A stretch of 64,000 nucleotides of DNA from Selaginella moellendorffii (lineage: Eukaryota > Plantae > Lycopodiophyta). Below the pieces are notes generated by a model. The model was not told the origin of the DNA, searched no databases, and worked only from the letters and a program-made list of their open reading frames with translations. The position numbers and the translations under genes are program-made. Shown in pieces: positions 38,834 to 51,926 of this stretch. The stretch is taken from contig NW_003314262.1 of the NCBI RefSeq assembly GCF_000143415.4, positions 3,792,021-3,856,020 of the forward strand. Reading direction: 5' to 3'. Each line of letters begins with the position of its first letter. Position 1 is the first letter of the stretch.

Positions 38834-41800
38834 TCAACTGTGCTGGAATGGGCACGAATCGCCGTTCCTGCAAAATCCCTTCTGGTAGAACCGGCATGAC
38901 GTGCCTTTCTTCTGCTGGTGAGGCACTCTCGGGCTCCGAAAGCTATCGCCCCTGTCCACCCAGCCGCTGTTTTGAGACTGGTCTCTCCATCCGGGACTCC
39001 TGTGCGGTGCTTGTGGAGGAGCACCCCACGGACCATCGTTGAAGTTACCACCACCGCCGCCACCACCGTCGGACCTCCCTGGATTCTGGCTCCACGGGTC
39101 ACTTGGCGGCGATGGAGCTCCTCCTCCTACTCGTTCATGACCACCTGTGCTACTCCAATCTCCTGTTCTAGACGAAGCGTTCCAGCCACTTCTACCACCA
39201 CCTGTGTTATCCCAGCCCCCTGTCCGTCCAGTGTCTAGCGGCGGAGGTGGTGGAGCACCCCAAGCCGCCGGCGGCGCTGCCACCGGCGTACGCGCCGCCG
39301 CTAGAGCTTCCACTAGCAAAACTGCCTGCTCTCGCTGGCCGGACCTCCAGACTTTGAGATCTGCTGGGAACAGCCCCGTCAAGCTCCACTTCCTGAGCTG
39401 CTCGAACGAGAAGGGGCCTTGGACTATAGCCTTGGGGTCTTGGTAGAACCATGCCTTCTCCTTCTCTGCTATCTCGGGTGGCGGCGGCGCGTTCATGTTA
39501 GCTGGAGGTGTTGAAAGATGTGGAGGCCGAGGTGGCGGTGGTGGAGGCCGTGAGAGTGGTAAAGACCCCCCTCCGTAAACCGGCTCCTTCTGTTCTGCGC
39601 TCTTATGTCCACCAAACTTCCCGTTTGATCTTCCCTCGTTTCTCCAATCGTGATCCCTGTCCCATCCTCTCTCAAAACCGTCTCTCTTGTTGAAACTGTC
39701 TTGCTTTGTGAAAGCTGGCGGATCGTTTCTCCTGTCCCATTTGTTAGGCTGATGCTCTTCTCTAATACTTCGGCTCTTCTCGGCAGTGCTGGCTACTTCA
39801 GCTGCAAGAAAAAAAGTGAGCTGTCACAGTACCAGCGAACAGACATCCACTTACCTGGCTGCTCAGTTGGGTTTGGTTCGTCGCTTGGCTCCTCGTGCTC
39901 GGGGTCCATAGTAGCGTCCGCTTCAAACGCTGGGACCTTGCTCAACTCCTTCAAGCGATAGTCTTGATTCGAAATCCTTTGAAGCTTCTCCACGCACTCC
40001 CTCAATGTACAACGGAGTTAAGGTTACACTGGGTTGGCAACAATTTCGAGAACAAAACAAAAAGGATATTCTTTCTTTCGACCCTTCTCATTGGCACGAT
40101 CCCTGAGCGCGGTTAACCTTGAGGTTTCTGTCTCGAACCACTGCAACAACAGAGATAAAAGATTAACAAAGCGAAAGCGCTCATTTTCATTTACATCATT
40201 AAGCTTCGCTTCTCGAATAGACAGCGCTTTACGTTCAAAGTCTCCCTGTCATGGATTTAATTAGATCCAGATGAACACGCAAAATCTCACAGCAAAATGC
40301 ATACCACAGTTGGAGCCGGGATGAACCCCCATTTGATGCTCTGCCGCAAACGCGCGCACTCCTCCTGCAGTAATTACTGTAAGGCATCCGGTATTTTGTA
40401 ATGGTCAACACGCATACCTCGGTGAAATCCTGATTTGATACTAAGTCAATTGTCAGGTCCTCCTTCTTTTGTAGGTTCGTGATTAGTAAAACGATCTTCG
40501 TACTTTTTTTGCCCGCTTTGTACTCCTCAGCTTGTAATCTGGTACCTGCAACCATACGACATCGTTAGCGAGCCACGCATATAATAAAAACTACTTACCG
40601 ACTATTTGAACAAGACGGTAGCACATATCATTTTTGCCTGGAACCCTTATCCTTACGAACGTGCCCACCACCTTCTGCTCAAAGTTAGGATCGCCAAGCA
40701 TGTCCTCCAGTAGAGCCCTTCTTAGATATACATGACTAATGTTGCTCTGATTTATCGCCGCATACTCGTCTCCCTTGAGACTTCGCTTGTTTTTCTTTCC
40801 CTTCTCGTCATCGACTTGGCTTTCGGCTTGTTCCGTCTTTGAAGCTTTGCTCGGAAAATGGTTGTGGAGGTATTTCATCAAACTGCGCTGAGTCACGGCC
40901 TTCTTGCCGAAGAGAGACCGGAGTTGTTCGTCGCATCTTATGATGGTTTTCTTCCGCGGATTCTGGAGCTTGTTGGCCTTAATGTGATCCCATAAAAGCT
41001 TATTAACTGCGGGCCTCTTCATTGGTGTCTTTGGATCTTCCTTCATAAACTTGATAAAACTGATCATCTCCTTTGACGCCCAGCCATAAAATACCGTAGG
41101 CTTGTAAGCCTCTCCTTCCTCTTCCTCTTCCTCGTCCTGCTCTTCTTCTTCCCCTTCGTCTTCTTCTTTCTCATCGACATCCTCGGTAAGAGGTTGCTCC
41201 TTCTGCTCCTGATTTACAGTGCACTTGAACTCGTCAGAGAGAGCATTCAGGATCTTCGTCTTCCTTTCTTTCCTTATCCCAGTACCAAAAGGAACATCTT
41301 CGTCGTCGGCCATCACCACAGCTGCAGACGCTTCTGACTCGGAACTTGAAGCCTCGTCGTCCGACCGCCCGTCACTATCTGCTGCAGGTGTAGCATTCAC
41401 GAACTTTCCGTCCTTGTCAAATTCTGGCAAAACGATCGTCTCTTTCGCCTTCAAATCCTCCCAGTATTCTTTGAACAGACATTCGTATGTGTCGCGGTCA
41501 TTAAAATCGACCGTGTTCTGAAAGAACACATCGAGTTAGACATTTGCTAGAACTATTAATTGTTGTGACCTTACCCCTTCAGCGTTTACGGTTTCATTGA
41601 GCTCAATCATTTTAACGTAGTTCACGCACTCCTCGCACAAGCCTTTCTTCTTGTCAAATAAACTAAAACTGTGTCGACTCCTGCATCCAGCGCAGTAAGC
41701 TTTTGGACAAGTATAGCAACGAAAGCTTGCTTTCTTCGAACAGTTTTCTCCATCGCAAAAATGCCAGCCTACACAAGGAAGAGGTTACATAAATTCAAGC

Positions 41801-42460
41801 ATGCTAAAACACAAACCGCAGTGCCAGTTTCCTTTCTTCCTGAAAAACTCTTGGTCCCTTCCGATACAGCCAAGATGGTACGCCTTTGGGCATGTCCTGT
41901 AAAAACAAACTTAGTCGAAGTGTCCTACCAAACCAAAAAAATAGTCACCTTTGATCGCACAGAATTAGATCCCCACCGTCGAAACACACAAAACAAACGT
42001 CATCCTCTTCTTTCCTAAATGACGCTTTCACGGAAGCCTTCCTTCCCCGCTTCTTACGACTTTCTTGAGGAGGCTGCTCCTGAGCCCTCTTCTTCTCGTT
42101 CGCTTTCGAGAGAATGTTGGCTTCATCCTCTTTCTCGGCCGCTTCGAAAAGCTCCATCTCTCGCTGTAATTCCGTCTTCTCCTCACAATTCTCACCGAAA
42201 GTAGCCGCTCCATCCTTGGCAGGAGCTTCGTCCTGCTCTGAAACTTCCATTCCATCAGTCGCCGCTGGCGATTCCTCTAATTTGCCACTTAATTCCTCCT
42301 TGACCTGTTCTCCCGAGACGATTTTTTCCTCCCCAGCTTGCTCCACAGCTCCAAGATTTTCGTCTCGCTCCATTTCGGCCACTCCATTCCCATCTTTGCT
42401 TCCATCCACCGCTGCCGCTACCTCTGGCTCTAAGCGCTGCTCCTGCTGCTCGTCGTCCAT
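38834..42460 (-). CDS. NERD-like PHD/SWIB/Plus3/GYF/CCCH zinc-finger protein
   Basis: CFVCFDGGDLILCD (PHD), LLWDHIKANKLQNPRKKTIIRCDEQL (SWIB), VVGTFVRIRV..YRLVQIVG (Plus3), WFYQDPKAIVQGPFS (GYF), CRFYQKGFCRNGDSCPFQH (CCCH). Confidence 0.93.
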
Positions 42461-42797
42461 GCCTCTACACTAGAATTCTTCCCATCTACTGTCCTACCTT
42501 GGCGCTTCTTGCCCTAGCTTTGCCCGGCTAACGAATGAGTGGCCATTAGGGCATGGAGTATCTTGGCTGACCTAAAGAGAACGAGATAAAGTACGGCTAA
42601 GATGCTATTTTGTGCCATTTTTACGACCGCGCCGGGCCGTCCACGTGGATGGTTTCTGGAGCGTTAGATTGACAGCGTTGCACGAGAGACCAACGCAAAC
42701 GGGGTTGCGCTTTCGGTCATTTTCCAAAACCCTACTCAAAGGGCGCTCTCTCTCGATCTTCCTTCGCCGCGAATCGCGAGCTTGGATCACAGTCGCA

Positions 42798-43926
42798 ATG
42801 GCGTCGGGAGCGGGGAGAGCTCGCGCAGATTACGACTACCTCATCAAATTGCTGCTCATCGGCGACAGCGGTAAGCGAAAATCTCGCAGCGCATTTCCTG
42901 GTGGAGCGAGATCTCCTTATGATCCGCTCGAAATATTTCTCCTCGGTTGATTTACGTGCTTCTCGCGTAACAGGTGTGGGGAAGAGCTGCCTTTTGCTCC
43001 GCTTCTCGGACGATTCCTTCACGACGAGCTTCATCACAACGATAGGGTATATGGCACATTGTAAATGCGCAGCCTGGCTGACCATTTCTTCGCAGCATTG
43101 ACTTTAAAATCAGGACTGTGGATCTTGATGGCAAGAGGATCAAGCTCCAAATATGGGACACCGCTGGGCAAGAGCGCTTCCGGACTATAACAACTGGTTT
43201 GTTTTGCTTTGCTCTAGTTCCATATACTTTCTAGCTAAATTCCATTCTTGCCTATGCAGCATACTACCGCGGAGCTATGGGCATTCTTCTTGTCTATGAT
43301 GTTACTGACGAGTCTTCGTTTAACAGTATCCTTTGCGCGGTTTTTTTTTTTTTTTTTTTTTTGTTGTCCTTAATCCAGCTCCGGTAAAGACATCCGAAAT
43401 TGGATCAGAAATATCGAGCAGCATGCTTCAGACAATGTGAACAAGATCCTGGTCGGTAACAAGGCCGACATGGACGAAAGCAAGAGGGTAAGAAACTCTG
43501 GATCTCATTTTCCCATGCGTCTCTGACTCTTCCGAATTATATCCCAGGCTGTATCAACAGAGAGAGGGCAAGCACTTGCGAACGAGTTTGGTATCAAGTT
43601 CTTTGAAACCGTGGGTATCTCTGACTTGCAGTCCTTTCGCTGAAACCTCTCTTCTGTTTCACGGACTTGCGGTACTGACTGTTTAAATGCTGCAGAGTGC
43701 AAAGACGAACTTAAACGTGGAGAAGGTCTTCTTCACAATTGCGGGAGACATCAAGCGGAGACTGGCAGAAACAGACTCCAGACCAGAGGTGCGGAGCTGC
43801 TTTTTGCCTCACAGATCTAGTGTAACGTGAAATCTTTTTCTGCAGCCTCCCCGGATCAACAATATAGTACTAGACCCGTCAAAGGATCAGGGCAGTGACA
43901 AGGCCAAGTCAACGTGTTGCACTTGA
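42798..43926 (+). CDS. RABE1: Rab GTPase, RabE1/Rab8 class (multi-exon)
   Basis: [42 protein letters not shown] and C-terminal CCT-stop prenylation motif. Confidence 0.93.
43326..43389 (+). other. U12-type (minor spliceosome) GT-AG intron
   Basis: 5' GTATCCTTT, branch TCCTTAAT at 43367-43374, AG at 43388-43389. Splicing restores FNNIRNW. Confidence 0.85.
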
Positions 43927-44153
43927 GGAGCGACAAGCAAAGCGACTCCTCGGCTTAAATGGTTTTTGTGGAAAATTTGCTCCTGGGGTACGGATTTGTC
44001 AAATTCTTTTCTCTCAATGTAACGAATTTTTAAGCTCCAGCATTGGTCCAGTGAGTCACGACGTCATCTTCTTTTTTCTGTGGCTCCAGCTTAGGGTTTG
44101 CGGTCATGGCACCATGACCAGAAGAAGCAGGGAATGGTGGAAATGTGCCAGAG

Positions 44154-45346
44154 TTCCCGCAACGAGGGAAGGAAGCAGGGATTTTCTTCTACAGTTGATC
44201 GTCCCCCTCCGCTTGTAGTGTGCTCGGCTATCGAGAGGCAGCGTCACTTCTTTGCTCTCGATTTTATCTCAGGTGGTGTTGCTGCTGCAGTGTCCAAGAG
44301 TGCCGCCGCGCCTCTCGAGCGAGTGAAGCTGTTGATCCANNNNNNNNNNNNNNNNNNNNNNNNNNNNNNNNNNNNNNNNNNNNNNNNNNNNNNNNNNNNN
44401 NNNNNNNNNNNNNNNNNNNNNNNNNNNNNNNNNNNNNNNNNNNNNNNNNNNNNNNNNNNNNNNNNNNNNNNNNNNNNNNNNNNNNNNNNNNNNNNNNNNN
44501 NNNNNNNNNNNNNNNNNNNNNNNNNNNNNNNNNNNNNNNNNNNNNNNNNNNNNNNNNNNNNNNNNNNNNNNNNNNNNNNNNNNNNNNNNNNNNNNNNNNN
44601 NNNNNNNNNNNNNNNNNNNNNNNNNNNNNNNNNNNNNNNNNNNNNNNNNNNNNNCATCAAGGATCTCTTCGGCCTGAGCAGAGAACGCGATGGCCACTGC
44701 AAATGGATAATTGGAAACATGGCGGCTGGAGGAGCAGCTGGTGTGATATCCTCCATGCTTGTCTACTCGCTCGATTTTGCACGTACCAGGCTCGCAAACG
44801 ACACCATACAATTGGAGAAGACCGGTGCTCGCCAGTACCAAGGTCTTACCGATGTATACAAGAAAACTCTGGCAACCGATGGTGTTTTTGGTTTGTACAG
44901 AGGCTTCAGCGCTTCCATAGTTGGCATCGTTCTATACCGCAGCCTCTACTTCGGCATCTATGATTCGGTGAAGCCGTTTGTTCTGGTGGGATCACTCCAG
45001 GTACGATTATCTTTCTCTCGAGCTTTACTTCTAAACCTCCGAAGTTTTGACACAGGGAAGCTTTGCTGCTAGTTTCGCTGTTGGATGGGTAGTGACAACT
45101 TTCTCCAGTCTCACTGTCTATCCCTTCGATACCGTGCGGCGCAGGATGATGATGACTTCGGGCGAAGCTGTGAAGTACCGTGGCGCAATCGATGCTTTCA
45201 GGCTTATTTGGAAGAACGAAGGTCCCCGGGCATTCTTCAGAGGCGCAGGAACTAATGTGCTTGTGGGAATGGCAGGAGCTGGTGTTCTTTCGGGCTATGA
45301 TCAGCTGCAACTACATATCACTACGTGGTACCACGAAAACTTGTAA
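44154..45346 (+). CDS. AAC: ADP/ATP carrier (mitochondrial carrier family), divergent; spans assembly gap, start uncertain
   Basis: [45 protein letters not shown] and signature [12 protein letters not shown]. Confidence 0.88.
44340..44654. other. Assembly gap (315 N)
   Basis: Run of N. Confidence 1.
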
Positions 45347-45521
45347 TTTTCAATCTTGCTTTCTCAGAATCTGGACATGAACATCAATGGAAGAACAGGT
45401 TTGATATAAAGCCCGAGGCTTTCTTCAAGAAATTAGTCAAGAATAGGAGCAGGGATTTGGGAGAATTCGATCAAAGGAAGAATGAAAAGAGGAAGTTGGG
45501 GTGGATCTGACGATGATCAGG

Positions 45522-46259
45522 TCATCTACTGAGCACATTTAACAGGATTTGGAGACCTCTAGCAGTCATTTCTCGGACGTGGTTCACCGTCACCTTTGCT
45601 CCCACCAGCTTGGCCTGCTCCCCGAAGTGCGCCTTTCCGGTCACCGCCTGGCACGCCATGAGGAGCCCCTGCGTCGTCTGCACTGCGTACTTCCAGCAGT
45701 TGTTCTCCTGGGCGGCGTAGTTGGGGTCGTGGTCCTCGAGAATGGCGAGCACCTCCTCCAGATTCATGGGAGTGTCCTCGCAGTCGAATGCCGACACCTG
45801 CGCCTCTTCCAAAGCCCCCATCTCCTCCGGCTCGTCCTTGACGGCCCTGATGTTGATGCCGCAGTTCGCTCCGGATCCGCACTTCTCAGCCAGGAAGATG
45901 TGCCGCTTCCCCCGGATCTTCATCACGATGACAAGAAATTCGTGGTTGATGATGGACTTGGGGTTGATCCCTCGGCCGCCGCTGCCGCTGCTGCTGCTGC
46001 TGCTGGAAGAGGAAGAGGCGATCTCATTCGAGATCCCTGACTGGCAGTAGAGGATCCTGTGGAGGAAGGAGCGCGAGGACCGCCTGATCTTGCTGTATTT
46101 GCTGCGGTCCGACTTCACCAGGTTGCGGATCTTGCCCTGGAAGACAGTGTCCGGCGTCAGGATCGCCGCTGCTGAAGCTCGGAGGGAGTCCTTGGCCATG
46201 TCCTTGGCAACATCGCGGCTGCTCTCCGCAATGTAGCTCGACATCCACATGATTCTCAC
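45522..46259 (-). CDS. Intronless orphan ORF, possible permuted papain-like (PPPDE/LRAT-type) protein
   Basis: 245-aa GC-rich ORF with HEFLV...YAAQENNCWKYA and a poly-Ser tract. Confidence 0.6.
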   Translation of the reverse strand: MRIMWMSSYIAESSRDVAKDMAKDSLRASAAAILTPDTVFQGKIRNLVKSDRSKYSKIRRSSRSFLHRILYCQSGISNEIASSSSSSSSSSGSGGRGINPKSIINHEFLVIVMKIRGKRHIFLAEKCGSGANCGINIRAVKDEPEEMGALEEAQVSAFDCEDTPMNLEEVLAILEDHDPNYAAQENNCWKYAVQTTQGLLMACQAVTGKAHFGEQAKLVGAKVTVNHVREMTARGLQILLNVLSR

Positions 46260-46814
46260 CAGAGCTCCACAGCCCCCTGTTTGTTGGATCTAGGGATTTT
46301 AGAATGTGTGCTTTAGCACCATGGCCGTGGGCGATGGCGACGAGGACGGCGTCAGCGTGCTTGCTGCTGCTGTTCCTGCTAGCCTGCGAACTCCACTCGA
46401 AGTTTAAAGGCTTTTTTTTTTCAAAAAGGTTAAGAACTTTATTCTAGGAGCAATATGTAATAATTGGTTTCATGAGTGATTGCTTTGTTTCAACAGCGAT
46501 TTCTTGGGTGGAATTACGACAATTTGTGTTGGAATAACTAGCTATCTGGCTTAACATTTGGATCTAATGTTTTTTTTTTATTAAATCAATATTCCTTGGC
46601 TACGCGAGTGGAGCATACAAGATCTTTAGATCAAAGATACTCTCTATAGCGAGCGAGAATCGCAGTCCACAAGATTGTATGCAGCTCCCGGGCGTTATCA
46701 GGATGGGCATAAGCGGAGGCAAATCAGGAAATAAGGTTATGAGGTTTGATGGGCTATCTGTATCGTACTCTGGCATTGACCATATGTGATTATGAAGTTG
46801 TTCAATTACGTTTT

Positions 46815-47270
46815 GTCGAGGCGAGGAAGCCAAGCATTGCTGTTCGCCCGTTCCAGCGCTCCGCACCAACCCAATCATTGGCTGCTTGTCAAGTTCACGT
46901 TCGTTACTTGCTTGATCCACGAAAAGAACAATCAACAATGGCTTATCAGTCTTCCGTTGATCGTTTCTCCATCGAACGCCATCAATCTGATCCATCGCCA
47001 GTCTCTGGTCGCCTCTCGATCGACCTCTGGCCTTGGATAGAGCGATCCGGACGATGGCACAGCTCCAAACACGGAGTGCTTCTCCGACTCGTTCTCGGCC
47101 TGAGCTCCTCCTCGCGGGTGATCTCCTTCTTGGTGCTGTCGAGAACGCCGATGATGCCGCCATCGCCACCATCCGAGGGCGCTCTCAGTACTGCTAGATT
47201 TCGCAAACTGATGGAGCTCGTGGGCGATTGCGAAGAGGTGGAGCTTGTTGAGGAAGAAGAGAGAGCTGCC
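46815..47270 (-). pseudogene. ELIP: ELIP pseudogene (copy 2)
   Basis: DGGDGGIIGVLDSTKKEITREE, SVFGAVPSSGSLYPRPEV, ETINGRL. Start region deleted, frameshifts present, most of exon 2 missing. Confidence 0.88.
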
Positions 47271-47545
47271 TAGCAAAAAATCATCTGTGCAGTGAATTTA
47301 CAATGAGCTACTGTGTTTCTACGTTTGAGATGACTATGGCAAATGACAGACAGATATTTATACGGTGCGAGGATCATCGGCTCGTGTCCACTGTATCGCT
47401 TATCTTGTGCTGAAAATGGCCGAAGGTAAGAGAATGCCAGGTGTGATACTCTGCAACTTTCGTTTTATTTTGCAATCGAATTCGTACACGATTATGTCTT
47501 TTGTCTGAAACAATAAGCCAGATTGATCGTGTTAATGTAATGCCA

Positions 47546-50500
47546 TTAGAAAGCTTGCCGGAAATCTTGATACTCTCGCAAGAGACTGGCAAATATGGAG
47601 GAAGGTTTGCTCGAGAGAACGCCCGGTGCATCAAACTCGACTATCTCTCCTGTATCACGAGAAAGAAGTTAAGGAAAGAGTTCCAAGAGAATAAAGCTTT
47701 GGATGCTTACCGTCTTGGAGAACCAAAACTCGTTCTGTGTTTTGCACGATGGTGGAGAGCCTGTGAGACACCGTGAGGACGGTGCTGCTTTGAAAATGCT
47801 CGCTTATTTTTTCTTGGATGATTCTCTCCGTGGCGCCATCAATCGTGGCAGTTGCTTCGTCTAGAACCACAATCTTTGTTCTCTTGAGCATGATCCTTGC
47901 TAGACAAAGTAGCTGCTTTTCACCCATGCTCCAATTCTCCCCACTTCCAGACACTACGAGTTACCAAGATAATCAGTGAAGGCTTAATGCAAGAAATACT
48001 AACCTTTGGAATCCAAACCTTCTCCTTTGGCCGTGATCGTTGCCACAAGCTCACACTTTCGAAGCACCTAGGAAAGAAGATAAAAACGAAATTTCGAAGT
48101 TCAAGGTTGTATACAAGTTTACCTCCCAGATTTCGTGATCCAAATACTGGCCGACTGGATCCAGGTTGTACCTGAAACTTCCTTCAAACAGCACTGGATC
48201 CTGCGGGATGATGCTCAGCCTGGATCTCAAGCTGTGCAAGTTGACGGTGGTAATGTCCAGCCCGTCAACCAAAATCCGACCCGACCTTGGCTCCACAATT
48301 CGAAAGAGTGCTTGAATCAGTGTCGATTTTCCACTACCTGTGCGGCCTACGACTCCAACTTTGCTTCCGCCCGAAAATCCGCAAGTGATCCCGCGGAGAA
48401 CTAGAGGCGCCTCTGGTGTATATCTCACCTTCGGTTTGTTTTTTTAGAAAAAAAAAAAAGGCAAGAGATCGGACTCCGTACCTTGAGACCAATGAAGTCT
48501 ATAGCTCCATTTTCTGGCCAGGTTTGAGGGGGCTGGGATTGATTTCTCGCCTCGCTACGTAAACCAGCGTACTGCATTACGCGTTCCACCGAAATAATTC
48601 TCTTCTCGGTGTCAATTCGACTCCACAGAGTCCATGTCAAAGTTGTAGTTAGCTTCAAGCCATACGTGACAGCAACACCTGCGGAGCCTGTGAAGCCAAA
48701 AGATTTTACTGAGCATAAACAAAGGAAAGAGAAAAAGAGCGAAGGATTCAAACTATAGACTTACTTGCACTGGTCGGAATGCTGGCCAGGAAGAGCATGA
48801 GGAAGACGAAACCCATGTCCGCAACCAAGCCAACTCTCAAGGCCAGGAATTCCATGGCGGAGAAGTTGTAAAACTGGGGACAGTTGTTGTCATCGATCAG
48901 CTGTAGCATCTTGTTGAGAAACGGCAGCTCTTGTTTGAAGGCTTTGATCGTGGAGAGACCGGTTAGTGTTTCTTCGAGGTGATGAACCACGGAAGCGCGT
49001 TGGAGCTCCACAAGTCTAGGCAGCTCGCGAATAGTTTTGATGTAAAACGACTGTTAGAAACCACACAAGCAATGAAAAAACATACAATAGTGACAATGTT
49101 ACCTGTAGCTTATATCCCACGATAGTCAAGAAGATAAACACCCATAGAATCGGCCAAGCAACACTGCACGTCACAACGAGAATTACGAGCAGATCCATCG
49201 CAAACAACGCAAGCTCGGAGAATCTCTCCGGCACGTAAAGATCGATGGAGCTTTGATCTGTGGAAGCCTGTAAACCAAACTCTGCATGTAAGCTTAAAAC
49301 ACGTAAAAGAACCACATACATACTCGAGTTAAAATGCGCCCCACTGGAGTGAGATCGAAGAAGGACATGGTTGCCAGGAAAACGGAGCGATACAGCTTGA
49401 GGAAGAAGCACTGTCCAGTCTTGAGCCCCACGAAGGAGACGAGTAAAACCCGGCATAGAAGAGCCAGAGAGCTCCCGAGAGACAACACAAAGTAGACCAT
49501 GACGAGCTGGGAGCTATCCAACTTTGGATTCATGTCGGCAATCCACCAAGTAGCAGCTGCGTCTGTCCCTTGCCGGATAGCCTCGAAAGCAAGTATGAGT
49601 GGAACCAAGGCTCCTCCGTATAGAGAAGTAATGTAAACCCAGTATATCTTCCCGCTAACGCTCCCTCTTTGTGTCTCCTCGGCCAGCTTTCCTTCTTGCT
49701 TGGACGAAACTATGCTTGTCTCTCCTTGATTCTGCTCGGTCGCTGCATAATTGTCAAAAGAGCTGTGTGGAAAGGCCTTGTCGACCAGATGATCAAGTAT
49801 CTTTACTGTTCCCTCCTGTAGAACCTGTAGAAATTGGAGAACCAAAGATAAGAAAGCACGCGAAAGTCTGATAAGAGAAGAGGCCTACGATCGTTTTATC
49901 TGCTTGCTTGGCAGCCTCTTGAAAATGAGTTACCAGCAACACTGTCTTGTTTTGCAGCAGTCCGAGAATGCATTCCTATCAGGAAAATGTTTGTAATGTC
50001 CACAAAGAACACAAAAGAGTACCTTGAGTATCAAGTTGGAGGTTTTTACGTCCAGAGCGCTGAGGGGGTCGTCCAAGAGATAAATGTCCGCGTCTTTGTA
50101 CACGGCCCTTGCAAGCTGAAGCCGTTGCTTCTGGCCTCCGCTCAGGTTTACTCCTCGATCTCCAATGTGAGTTCCGTCGCCGTGACTTAGCATCTCTAGA
50201 TCTTTCTTCAGCTGGCATGCCGCAATGACCCTCTCGTACCTGGGCTTGTCCATGGCGCTGTCAAAGAGTATGTTCTCTTTGATGGTCGCGTTCTGGATCC
50301 ACGCTGATTGGCAAGTGTAACTTGTGGTGCCTCTCACTCGCACCTACAGCAAAAACAGTTTTTTCTAAGAGAACAAAACTAGGAACTGAAGAAAACGTAC
50401 CTCTCCCGAAAGCTTTGGAATCTGGCCGAGGATGGACGAGAGCAAGCTCGACTTCCCCGATCCAACTCCTCCAGAGACGACTACAAAGCTTCCCTCCACC

Positions 50501-51746
50501 ACGTCCAAAGTGACGGCATCGAGTGTGGGGGTGGCGGCATTTCTATCCCAGCTAAACACCCCTCGACTTATCTCGATGGCGTTTCTTCCACCGCTCATGA
50601 GCTGCTTGGGTTGGAAAGTCACGTCCTCGCGTTGGTAAAACTCTGACAGCCGATCCAGCGACACCCAAACATCCACCACCGAAGAAGCAAACCCCGGGAG
50701 CTTGCTCTGGACGTTCTGGAGGAGCCGGAACACCGCGAGCGTGGAGAGAAGCTTTCCGGACGTCAAGCTATGGCGAGAGGAGGTGATGACGACGGACATT
50801 ACTAGCGTCAAGACGGCCATCACCGTGGGCGTGACTCTAAACACGAACTTGGACAGCGCTCGCACAAAGAAACACCGCTGAAGCTCCTGGTACTCGCCAG
50901 CTCTAAGCTTCTCCACCTCCCGGAGAAAGCTAGTCTCCCACCCGTGGAGCTTGAGCGTTCTCATGCTCCTCAGCGCCTCGGACGTAGCTCTCAGTCGAGC
51001 GCCTTTGGCTTTCATGGCCCGCCCCTGGAAACTTGCCTGCTTCTTTCCCAGCGGGAAGCTACACGCTATGCAAACTCCCAGCGACACAAAGCTGGCCAGG
51101 GCCGCGACTCCCACGTCCCTGTAGAGCACCAGAATTCCGATGATAAACTGGAGCGGGAGCGTCCAGAAGTCATGGAGATGCCAGCAAAAGACCCCCACCT
51201 CGAGCACGTCCGACGACACCAAGGTGATGGATGGAGCCGCCGCCGCCCCCGTCTCCATCGCCTTCCAGAACACAAACGCCTTGAGCGACGACTGGACGTA
51301 GAGGTCCATCACCTGGATGCGAAAGTTGTGCTGCCGCTCCAGGAGATTGGTGGCGAGCTTGGCAGCCATGAAGGCGGCCGCGAGTGCGTATCCGCGGGCC
51401 GCCGGGGACCGGGACACGAAGTCGGTAATCAAGAGGGGTTGTCGAACGAGACGAGAAGCAGCAGCAGCGAGAGGCCGCCAGTCACTACCACTTGCTTCCA
51501 GTGCGCCAGGATCAACACCCAAGCTAGAGACAGCCCGCGACTGGAAGAGATCATCGCCGGGCCGCAGCGGCGGCGTCTTTGCCTCTGGAATGCGTCCAAG
51601 CTCGCCGACGCCAGATTCACTTTGCCGAGAGATGCGAGGTCGGAGTGCTCGAGCGGCTTTCGGTTCCCGGTGGCAAAGAGTGGATCCAGCCAACGAAAAG
51701 TAGTGGCGCTCCATGCCGAGGCCACGAAGAATGGTGATGCCGCCAT
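47546..51746 (-). CDS. ABC transporter subfamily C (MRP), lacking TMD0; one apparent frameshift near 51440
   Basis: TFRWLDPL, Walker [10 protein letters not shown] and [51 protein letters not shown]. Last exon [20 protein letters not shown] ends in TAA at 47546. Confidence 0.88.
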
Positions 51747-51926
51747 GGCTAGCGCTGCTAGTTTTTTAAAACCAACCTTTCCACGCACAAAGAGTGTTCC
51801 CCCTCGCCCTCACAGGACAAAAATGGAGACCTAGTGTCTCCGTCAATGTAATATATTGCTAAGAGCGTATATAGAGAACACAGTTTGATGAGAGCGGTAA
51901 CTATGGAAGAGAACACTTGGTCACTT

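Noticed and set aside
50944-51834. 296-aa plus-strand ORF and similar antisense ORFs
   Set aside because: Antisense shadows of GC-rich coding exons.
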